Source of the DNA: Flaccisagitta enflata | Taxonomy: Eukaryota | Length of the DNA: 64,000 nt | Assembly (NCBI GenBank): GCA_965153355.1 | Contig: OZ231126.1 | Location: forward strand, 35,650,001-35,714,000 | Reading direction: 5' to 3' | Shown here: positions 1-10,626 of the stretch, in pieces | How the letters are laid out: every line of letters begins with the position of its first letter | Position numbering within the stretch: position 1 is the stretch's first letter | Notes under the pieces: model-generated | Told to the model about the DNA's origin: nothing | Seen by the model: the letters and a program-made list of their open reading frames with translations, nothing else | The model's database searches: none | Position numbers and translations under genes: made by a program

Positions 1-3000
1 AAATGACTTCGAAAATCGTCTTTTGGCTGGGGACATTGCCATGTTATGGCAGGGACGTATGAACCAAGGGCTAAAATTCCTTTTAGTGACTGTTGTTGAT
101 ACCCAAAAAAAATTTCATGACCCTGAGAGCACTTTTTGGGTGTCAAATAACACTTTTTTGGAGACCATAGGACCCGAAAACGCGAAATTTGACAATTTTT
201 GGCCTTTTTTTCAAGTTATAACCTGAAAAAAAGTTGAAATATCGGCCAATTATTTTGCATGCACATGTTATAGACCTTAATAAAGATTAATGAAAAAAAA
301 TTTTTTTGCTAAAAAGATTTCCAGGTACCTAAATTAAGAAAAATTGGGTTTTTCGCGATTTTTTAAATGAAAAAGAATGTTGTTACCCCCCTTAAAGTTC
401 ACCGATTTGGACAAAATTTTTACTGGAGATACTTCACATTATGAAGTACCTCCATGCAAAATTTCATCAAAATCGGAGCACTCTAAGTACCAAAAATTGC
501 TTTCGGAAATCAAAAAATGGAAAAAAATGACTTCGAAAATCGTCTTTTGGCCGGGGCCATCGCCATGTTATGGCAGGAACGTAGGAACCAAGGGCTAAAA
601 TTCCTTTAAGTGACTGTTGTTGATGCCCCCAAAATCGTCTGTTTGTCTACTTGTCCGTTTGTCCGATGGGGCCTTTTCCTGCTCCACCTCCTCGTGGTGG
701 GCCCTGGCTCTGGTCTTTGATATTTGACATATAAAAAAATATGTTTTACTATATCACTGACTACCAAGCGAGCAGATGAAATTATTTTTTTTGGGGGGGC
801 GGAGGATCTCAGTCTATATTTCAAATTTTTTTATTAAAACAAGGCCAGATACACAGCAAGATAGTCGCGGACAATGCAAAAACTCAAAACGGTTAACTTT
901 AAGAGGGGTAAACATTTTTTTCCATAAAAAAAAATGTGAAAATCCCATTCTTTCTTAATTTTGGTGCCAAGAACTTGGTAACAAAAAACATTTAATATAA
1001 GGATTCTTCATTAGGGTCTGTTATGTGTTTATGAGAAACACTTGCCTTATTTCAACTTTGTCTAGGTGATAGCTTGAAAAAAGGGCAAAAAACGTCAAAT
1101 TTCGCGACTTTGGGACCAATGGTCTCCAAAATTTTTTTATTTGACACCCAAAAATTGCTCTCGGGGACATGAAATTTTTTTTGGGCATCAACAACAGTAT
1201 CTAAAAGGAATTTTGGCCCTTGGTTCATACATCCCTGCCATAACATGGCGATGTCTAGGGCAAAAAGACGATTTTCCAAGTCATTTTTTTTCATTTTTTG
1301 ATTTGCGAAAGCAATTTTTGGTACTTAGAGTGCTCCGATTTTTATGAAATTTTGCATGGTAGTACTCCATAATGTAAAGTATCTCCAGTAAAAATTTTGT
1401 CCAAATTGGTGAACTTTAAGGGGGGTAACAACATTCTTTTTCATTAAAAAAATCGCGAAAAACCCGATTTTTCCTAATTTAGGTACCTAGAAATGTTTGT
1501 AACAAAAAAATTTTTTATCATGAATCTTTATTAAGGTCTATTACATGTGCATGCAAAATAATTGGCTGATATTTCACCTTTTTTTAGGTAATAACTTGAA
1601 AAAAGACCAAAAATTTCAAAATTTCGCGGTTTTGGGTCCTACAGTCTCCCAAAAATTGTTATTTGACACTCAAAAAATGCTCTCAGAGTCATGAAATTTT
1701 TTTTTGGGCATCAACAACAGTCCCTAAAAGGAATTTTGGCCCTTGGCTCATACGTCCCTGCCATAACATGGCAATGTCTCCGGCCAAAAGACGATTTTCA
1801 GGTCCTTTTTTTTCCATTTTTTAATTTTTGAAGACAATTTTGGGTACTTAGAGTACTCTGATTTTGATGAAATTTTGCATGGAGGTACTTCGTAATGTGA
1901 AGTATCTTCAGTAAAAATTTTGTCAAAATCGGTGATTTTTAAGGGGGGTAACAACATTTGTTTTCATTTATAAAATCGAAAAAAAACCGATTTTTCCTAA
2001 TTCAGGTATCAATAAATTTTTTTTACCGAAAATTTTTTTTTCATGAATCTTTATTAAGGTCTACTTTATGTCCATGCAAAATTTTTGATTCATATTTCAA
2101 CTTCTTCTTAGGGTTTAACTTGAAAAAAGGCCAAAAATCGTCAAATTTTGTGATTTTGGGTCTGATGGTCTCCAAAAAAGTGTTTTTTGACACCCAAAAA
2201 ATGCTCTCAGGGTCATGAAATTTTTTTTGGGCATCAACAACAGTCACTAAAAGGAATTTTAGCCCTTGGTTCATACGTCCCTGCCATAACATGGCAATGT
2301 CCCTGGCCCAAAGATGATTTTCAAAGTCATTTTTTTCCATTTTTGGATTTTCGAAGACAATTTTGGGTACTTAAAGTGCTCCGATTTTGATGAAATTTTG
2401 CATGGAGGTACTTCATAATGTGAAGTATCTCCAGTAAAAATTTTGTCCAAATCGGTGAATTTTAAGGGGGGTAACAACATTCTTTTTCATTAAAAAAATC
2501 GCGAAAAACCCGATTTTTCTTAATTTAGGTACCTGGAAATCTTTTTAGCAAAAAAATTTTTTATCATGAATCTTTATTAAGGTCTATAATATGTGCATGC
2601 AAAATAATTGGCTGATATTTCAACTTTTTTTTAGGTTATAACTTGAAAAAAGGCCAAAAAATGTCAAATTTCGCGATTTTGGGTCCTACGGTCTCCAAAA
2701 AAAGTGTTATTTGACACCCAAAAAATGCTCTCAGGGTCATGAAATTTTTTTTGGGTATCAAAAACAGTCACTAAAAGGAATTTTAGCCCTTGGTTCATAC
2801 GTCCCTGCCATAACATGGCAATGTCCCCAGCCAAAAGATGATTTTCGAAGTCATTTTTTTCCATTTTTGGATTTTCAAAGACAATTTCGGGTACTTAAAG
2901 TGCTCCGATTTTGATGAGGTACTTCATAATGTGAAGTATCTCCAGTAAAAATTTTGATGAGGTACTTCATAATGTGAAGTATCTCCAGTAAAAATTTTGT

Positions 3001-3300
3001 CCAAATCGGTGAACTTTAAGGGGGGTAATACAATTTTTTTTTCTTTTCAAAATTTGCGAAAAACACGTTTTTTCCATATTTAGGTACCTAAAAAATTTCC
3101 GAGGTTCAAAATTTTTTACATACAACTAAATTAGGGTCTGATACATGTGTGTGCAAAATTTCATGGCTCTACTCCATGTCTAAGATCGGTTTAAGGGCCA
3201 AAAACGGTCAAAAATGGCTAATTTTGGCCATTTTGGGCACTTTTTTGGGGACGTTCGAACTAGCACCTGAAACTGGGTATAATGAACCTGGATCAGTGTT
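1..3300. repeat. Foldback-like element: tandem ~525-bp units in inverted arms (left arm runs off the window)
   Basis: Unit AAATGACTTCGAAAATCGTCTTTTGG...GGCAGGGACGTATGAACCAAGGG recurs at 1 and ~526 forward, and as its reverse complement about four times between ~1050 and ~3240. This explains the repeated near-identical short ORFs. Right boundary approximate. Confidence 0.75.
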
Positions 3301-3617
3301 CCCCAAGGTGATACGCACATTTTAAGACCCAACTTCATAGGTATCAGGGGACTCGCCCTTTTTATGAAGCCCTACAGACCAAACCGCAGACGGATCTGAC
3401 AAAACTTCGCTTTAGTACTATAAAACCCCGCCTGTTTTTCTATTTTCTCTATCTCCTTTTTCCGCCTTCAATTTCCGAGATCTTGCGACAAAAGTCATCC
3501 TCTTAAGATCTTCCCAGGAGCGGCACTCCCCGCTTCATCAAAATATGAACCCCTACAGTCAACCATACCTCTAAACACGTCCCTACCCCTAAGCTGACCC
3601 CTCTTCTACGTTGCCAT

Positions 3618-3681
<64 letters not shown>

Positions 3682-3763
3682 CGTTGATGAAAGGCGATGA
3701 TGATGATGATGATGATGACGATGATGATGATGATGATAGGCGATGATGATGATGATGATGAGG

Positions 3764-3842
<79 letters not shown>

Positions 3843-3876
3843 CAAATGATGATGATGATGATGATGATGATGATTA
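3618..3876. repeat. (GAT)n microsatellite
   Basis: Direct reading. Confidence 0.95.
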
Positions 3877-4127
3877 TGAATGGGCTGTGTTAAATGGACT
3901 GGGTAAACGGGGTGCTTCATAACAAGGCCGAATAAATGACACTAAATATGTAGCTTGTGGTTGTGGGAGGACAGGGGCAGTAATGCGGGTGAGCGGGGAC
4001 CGTTTTTCGAGGGGCAGGACCTCGTTTGCGTGTAGGCAGGGGGCAGTAATGCTCAGAAATCTCTGTTTTGGTCAATTTCACGTCATTCAAAATGAGGGTT
4101 ACCTACAGATGGTCCGATGGATCGACT

Positions 4128-5345
4128 TAACTATGGCAAAAATAAAAAAGACAGTGGTTTTCAAAATACCACCACATACCCATTTTTTTGAATGACTTCA
4201 AATCCTTTTAGGTGGTAATAGTGTGACAAATTTTTGATTCAGCAAAAAAATCAGAACTCAAAAAAGTTAATTTTTGTGGCCGTAGCATCAATTTTTGCAA
4301 AAATTGTCAAATGATAATTCGCCAATTGAATTAGATTTTTACATGACATACAGTCGCTACTGCGGGCTTATTTTTTGAGCAGCCTCAAAAAATCTTTTCA
4401 GGTGTTCACAGTATGTCAATTTTTTGACTCAGCAAAAAAATCAGAACTCAAAAAAGTTTATTTTTGTACGCGTAGCATAAATTTTTGTAAAAGTTGTCAA
4501 AATGAATTTTCTAAAAGTTGTAAAAATTGAGTTTTTTTCTTCCTTCTATTTCTGATGTTTTTTCACAAAAAGTGATGCTACGGGCCCAAAAATAAACTTT
4601 TTTGAGTTCTGATCTTTTTGCTGGTTAGATAATTTGATTCATTAACACCTCTGACAAAATTAGGCGAACTGGAATCAGAACTTGTTTATAATTGGGTTTT
4701 AATGTCCAAAACAGAGGTCCAGGTTAAGGATGAAATCAAAACATGTCAGTTCCATGAGGGTTTTACAAAAAAAGTTCAAGTTATGTCAATCAAGAGCTGC
4801 AAATAGCATCGTCAAATGATATCATGCAAATTCTAGGTTTTCATTAAATTCAAATTTTTTGGTAAAACCATTTTGTTTGACGCGGGGTTTTGCGACTTTT
4901 CGCTGCTGCCACTGACTGTATCTTGGTACTGTGGACTCATTTTTGTCCATCAGCGATACAAGAACCTGAGATTTGATATTTTCTTGCATTTTCGATGGTA
5001 AAATTAAAAGAAGTTTCATTTGTCTCACTATCTGAACTTTCCATGTCAAAATCGGCCAAAATCTTTCATTTCATTTTTTGCATATCACTTTCTGGGAGCC
5101 ACACATTTTCCCAGGGTCAAAAATCTGCCCCGGTTTGTGAAAATACTATATCTAAGCTCTCTCTGTGTCAACTTTCAGCCTACTAAATACATTATTTCTG
5201 TCAATTTTGCTCATTTCTCTAGTTCGCTTTATTATGTCAGGGTTGTTATTACTACTTAAAAGGATTTTAGGCAGATTAAAAAATTGAGTGCGTAGGACAA
5301 CATATAACATTGAAAATACTGTCTTTTTTTTCTTTGCCATGGTTA
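4128..5345. mobile_element. MITE with TIR (TA)ACTATGGCAAAAA
   Basis: TAACTATGGCAAAAATAAAAAAGACAGT at the left end matches ACTGTCTTTTTTTTCTTTGCCATGGTTA at the right end. The same termini bound 17666-18642. Confidence 0.65.
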
Positions 5346-5508
5346 CGAGACATACTCCTGAACGAAAGCGCGCTTAAAAATGTAAGGTGCGTTGCCACAC
5401 TTAATTCTGACCTTGTTCAAATCATCTAATCTTAGTTTTAAGTATGATTAAGAACTAAGGTAGAACTCTCCCCCGCTTAAGGCTAAACTGCAGATATCAC
5501 GAAAGAAG

Positions 5509-5610
<102 letters not shown>

Positions 5611-5741
5611 GCGTCTGCCACTGCGTTGGGATATTTTTTTCAGAGAACCTTACCTCTCTCTAAATCTCTCTTTTCGAGCGAGGGAGCTGTCAGGCAGGTT
5701 TCAGGTGCCTCTGATACTCCCCACAGTTTCGGCCTTGGAAG

Positions 5742-5747
5742 GTAAGT
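5742..5747 (+). promoter_or_regulatory. Consensus splice donor, possibly ending a non-coding first exon of the SUEL-Ig receptor gene
   Basis: GAAG|GTAAGT followed by pyrimidine-rich sequence. A candidate acceptor (TTGCAG, ~13559) lies upstream of the ATG at 13946. The link between them is inference only. Confidence 0.3.
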
Positions 5748-8700
5748 TGCTCTTCCTTCGTTTGCCTCCTCATTCTCTTATTCTTCCCACGCGTTCCCTT
5801 CCTCATCATTTATCTATCTTTCGTTCTTTCGTTCTTTCTTTCTTTCCTCTCGCCATTTCTTTTCTTTCCTTTTTGTCGCCATCATCATGCAAATGGACAG
5901 ACAAGAGAGAAATGTCATGATGTCATGACTAAGCGCCTAAGAATCGTTGAGAAAGAAGTTCGTTACTTTACGATTATTGTACTGGATTTTCTTCCTTCGT
6001 TATAAAAGAAGAAGTCAAGTCACACCCACGTTATTGAAGTCTGAAGTCGCAATTGATAGCACGAAGTTTTCATAAACTTAAGTCATCAATCAACTATACC
6101 GACCAGTTTCGTTTCCTTTATTTAATCACTCCCAGCTCATCAGTGTCCTTCTTTCATTCAATCCAGTGGAGACCGTAACCTCACTCACCCGATTTGCAGG
6201 AATGAGGAATGGTTGGATTATTCAAATGCGACCGTTACCCAAAAATCCCGACGAGACTTGTTTTTCACGATGACCGTCAGGTTTCCCCTCACTGACTCCA
6301 AGCGCAGTTATGCAAATCACAGACTTCCTCTGAAACTTCAAATTTTGACCAGTGACGTCTCTATCCCATTTGGCCTCTCTCTCAGTTTTTCTCCGCCACA
6401 TGCACAAGTTGAGCTAGCTGCATTATTTCTAGTCGCAAAAAAAAAAATTGAGTAACGAGGCTAAAAAAGACTCAATCTTGTGTAAAAAAACCTGGGGAAT
6501 CCAACCGTGACATTTTTAGAGCCCTACGTGGGGGCGTTCAGAAACGGCCCCCAAAAAAACACCCAAAAATGGCTATTTTTGGCCAAAATTTGGTACTTAA
6601 ATGGAGGCCAAGTGTTGAATTTCATACTTGGGGACACTTCAAGATGTAAGAGACTAGTAAAACAAGAATCATGATGATTGGGCTATTGTGGGGTACCTAA
6701 AAAGGCACAAAAAGGGCCCCTAAAGCGAAAAATAAATAGTTTTTTTTTCATTGAGGCCATAAAAATTTTTGGAATGCCTTCAAATTTTAAATGGAAGTTC
6801 CTTATAAATACAACTACCATCATGCAAAAATTTGTGGCCCTCCTTAAATGGCTTCATAGGAAAATTTGGCCACAAAAACAAAAAATCGCTAAAAAAAAAT
6901 CAGTTTTTTTAGTTCATTGACCTAAAAACAATATTTTAAGGTCAGGGTACCCCAATTTTTTTTTCTATTTTGCTAATATAAGATGTTTGGAGGTTCCAAG
7001 AAAAATTTCAGGCCATATTTCCAAAAAATGGCTGAGATATGACCATTTTAAGCGATGTGGTAAAAATGGAAAACGCTAAAAATGGTCATTTTTTGTGATT
7101 TTTTTAAACAATTGGGTGCAAAAAGGGGTCCCGTTTATTTTAATTCATAGTTGGGGACCTTACAAGATGTAAGAGATTATAAAAACAGGAATCATGATGA
7201 TGGGACTATTGTGGGGTACCTAAAAAGGCCCAAAAAGGGCCCTTAAAGCGAAAAATATGTAGTTTTTTTTAAATTGTGACTACAAAAATGAATGGAATGC
7301 CTTCCAATTGGAAATAGAAGTTCCTAATAAATGCAACTACCATCATGTAAAAATTTGTGGCCCCTCTTAAATGGCTTCATAGAAAAATTTGGCCACAAAA
7401 ACCAAAAATCGCTCCAAAAAAATCAGTTTTTCTTGTTCATTGACCTAAAAACAATATTTTAAGGTCAGGGTACCCCATTTTTTTTTCTATTTTGCTATTA
7501 TAACATGTTTGGAGGTTCCAAAAAAAATTCAGGACATATTTAAAAAAAATGACCATTTGAAGTGAAAGGGTAAAACTGAAAAACAACGATAATGGCCATT
7601 TTTTGAGATTCATTGAAAACATTTGGTACAAAAAGAGGTCCCAATAGTTTCAATTCATAGTTAGGGACACTTCAAGATGTAAGAGACTAGGAAAACAAGA
7701 ATCATTATGATGGGGCTATTGTGGGGTGTATTGGGGTGGGGGTGTATGGACTGACGGACCGACGGACGGACCGACGGACCGACGGACAAAGCGGGGTGTA
7801 GAGTCGCGTAGCACGCGACTAAAAAGAAATAACCATCCTGTAAACTGAGCCACGAGAGCCAGAGTGTTAACATCCTTTTTATTCAATAAAAATGGAAATT
7901 AACTGTGCTTACTCTGTTAAACAGTAACTGTACAGAGAATAACAAGAAAAACACATAATTTTGAAATAATTGTACAGGGACTGTTTATTTGCTGTGGCCA
8001 GGCCGAGTTGGCGGGTGCTGTATACAGTGTTTCATACAGGGACTAATTCTTGGAGTAGGATTGTAAGGAAGTTATAAGTGGCTGATCTCAGAAAGCCACT
8101 TTTTCAATTTTTCCTTACTCTTTTACAGCAAGAAAACCCAACACAATTTATTTTATGGATCGCTCACATATATCCATCACCAAAAATGACCATTTTTGGC
8201 ATTTTTCAGTTTTACCACGTTGCTTAAAATGGTGATATCTCAGCCATTTTATGAAAGTATGGCCTGAAATTTTTTTTGGAACCTCCAAACATCTTATATT
8301 AGCAAAACATAAAAAAAATTGGGGTACCCTGACCTTCAAATATTGTTTCTAGGTCAATGAACTGAAAAAACTAATTTTTTTGAACAATTTTTGTTTTTTT
8401 TTGGCCTAATTTTCCTATGAAGCTATTTAAGGAGGGCCAAAAATTTTTACATGATGGTAGTTGCATTAATAGGAACTTCCATTTCTTTTTTGAAGGCATT
8501 CCATTCATTTTTGTAGTCACAATGAAAAAAAAAACTATTTATTTTTTGCTTTAGGGGCCCTTTTTGGGCCTTTTTAGGTACCCCACAATAGCCCCATCAT
8601 AATGATTCTTGTTTTCCTAGTCTCTTACATCTTGAAGTGTCCCTAACTATGAATTGAAACTATTGGGACCTCTTTTTGTACCAAATGTTCTCAATGAATC

Positions 8701-9695
8701 TCAAAAAATGGCCATTATCATCGTTTTTCAGTTTTACCCTTTCACTTCAAATGGTCATATCTCAGCCATTTTTTGGAAATATGTCCTGAAATTTTTTTTG
8801 GAACCTCCAAACATGTTATAATAGCAAAATAGAAAAAAAAATTGGGGTACCCTGACCTTGAAATATTGTTTTTAGGTCAATGAACTTTTTGGAGCGAGTT
8901 GGTTTTTGTGGCCAAATTTTCCTATGAAGCCATTTAAGAGGGGCCACAAATTTTTACATGATGGTAGTTGCATTTATTAGGAACTTCCATTTCCAGTTGG
9001 AAGGCATTCCATTCATTTTTGTAGTCACAATTTAAAAAAAACATATTTTTCGCTTTAGGGGCCCTTTTTGGGCCTTTTTAGGTAATACAATAGTGATTCT
9101 GTTTTTATAATCTCTTACATCTTGTAGTGTCCAACTATGAATTAAAATAAACAGGACCCTTTTTGTACCTAATTTTTAAAAAATCACAAAAAATGACCAT
9201 TTTTAGCGTTTTCCATTTTCACCATGTCGCTTAAAATGGTCATATCTCAGCCATTTTTTGGAAATATGGCCTGAAATTTTTTTTGGAACCTCCAAACATC
9301 TTAAACTAGCAAAATAGAAAAAAAAATTGGGGTACCCTGACCTTAAAATATTGTTTTTAGGTCAATGAACTAAAAAAACTGATTTTTTTGGAGCGATTTT
9401 TGGTTTTTGTGGCCAAATTTTCCTATGAAGCCATTTAAGGAGGGCCACAAATTTTTGCATGATGGTAGCTGCATTTATAAGGAACTTCCATTTCAAATTT
9501 GAAGGCATTCCAATAATTTTTTTGGCCTCAATGAAAAAAAAACTATTTATTTTTCGCTTTAGGGGCCCTTTTTGGGCCTTTTTAGGTACCCCACAATAGC
9601 CCCATCATCATGATTCTTGTTTTAAAATTGTGTTAATGTTGGCAATGAGGAAAAAATGGGAAAGACAATAAAAACAATAAAAGACAAACAATGAA

Positions 9696-9804
9696 TTGTT
9701 GTACCTCAGCCGAGGCTTTGGACTCGCAGGAAAAAGGGTAAACAATACATTACCCCTAATCCTGGCCGGTTTAGGCCCCATCACCGTTACCCAAAGTACA
9801 ACAA
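9696..9804 (-). ncRNA. Twister ribozyme, circularly permuted (P5-type), with P1 reduced to GGCC
   Basis: The minus strand reads UUGUUGUACUUUGG G UAA CGGU GAUGG GGCC U^AA ACCG GC [CAGGA..UCCUG] CGAG UCCAAAGC CUCG G CUGAGGUACAACAA. Helices: P5 14 bp, P2 ACCG/CGGU, P3 hairpin, P4 CGAG/CUCG with L4 UCCAAAGC. Pseudoknots: T1 CCA/UGG and T2 GC/GC. The catalytic G (9782) and the U^A site (9773/9772) are in canonical positions. Confidence 0.85.
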
Positions 9805-10085
9805 ATAATAATGAGCAAAAAATACCAAAATTAAGAGAATACAAGAAATTGGAAGAATGAGGCAGCACAAAGTCGGGTCTAGAAATGAACTTAAAGTGAG
9901 GCAAAGAGTGAAGAGGAAGAGGATCAAAAGGATGAGTCTAGGTCAAAAAGAGAGTGGTCAAATAGAACAGAGTCAGATGGACAGAGGTCTTCAATTGGGG
10001 AAGACAGAGGTCCTGAAATGAAATTGAAAGGTGAAAAAACAGGGTTATGAAATGAAATGGAGATCATAGAGAGAAGAACAATTGA

Positions 10086-10193
10086 ATCACATAGATTACA
10101 TAATTCACTAAGTTAACATAGATTACATGATTTACATAGTTTACAATGTTTACATAGTTTACATAGTTTACATAGTTTACATAGTTTACATAA
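10086..10193. repeat. 12 x 9-bp tandem repeat (TTTACATAG consensus) in the retroelement 3' region
   Basis: Direct reading. Confidence 0.9.
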
Positions 10194-10213
10194 ATACAAA
10201 TAAGATTAAAAAT

Positions 10214-10584
10214 ATATAGACCAAAGCTATGTGAATAGACCAATGATCCGTATAGATGAAAAAGAGAGCCTGCTATGTGAATAGACCAAGCCCAGATTTC
10301 CATCAAAATACAAATTGAAATAGTTTACATATTTACAAATACAAATACAAATAGAGATCAGAGCTATGTGAATAGACCAATGATCCGTATAAATGAAAAA
10401 GAGAGCCTGCTATGTGAATAGACCAAGCCCCAATTTCCATCAAAATACAAAATAATAAATATGTACATAAATATATAAATAAATTACAAAATACAAAATA
10501 TAGGTCAAAGCTATGTGAATAGACCAATGACCTATACTGATGAAATTTGAGCCTGCTATGTGAATAGACCAAGCCCAAATTTCA
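10214..10584 (-). other. Array of six predicted RNA hairpins capped by invariant UUGGUCUAUUCACAUAGC
   Basis: GCTATGTGAATAGACCAA at 10226, 10272, 10363, 10409, 10510 and 10555 (+ coordinates). Each copy sits in a 9-15 bp stem, and several stem variants are G-U wobbles only on the minus strand. Confidence 0.8.
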
Positions 10585-10626
10585 CCAAAATACAGTAAAA
10601 ATTTCCTAGATAACTTAGATGTTTAA

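Noticed and set aside
10214-10584. SECIS elements or a CRISPR-like array
   Set aside because: No AUGA/GA quartet or apical AAR, and the ORF has no in-frame TGA. The spacers are themselves repeated and pair around the motif; the context is eukaryotic with no cas genes.
10537-10590. CTGATGA followed by a hairpin on the + strand, resembling a hammerhead core
   Set aside because: No GAAA follows the stem, no helix I/III partners are present, and it is antisense to the ORF.
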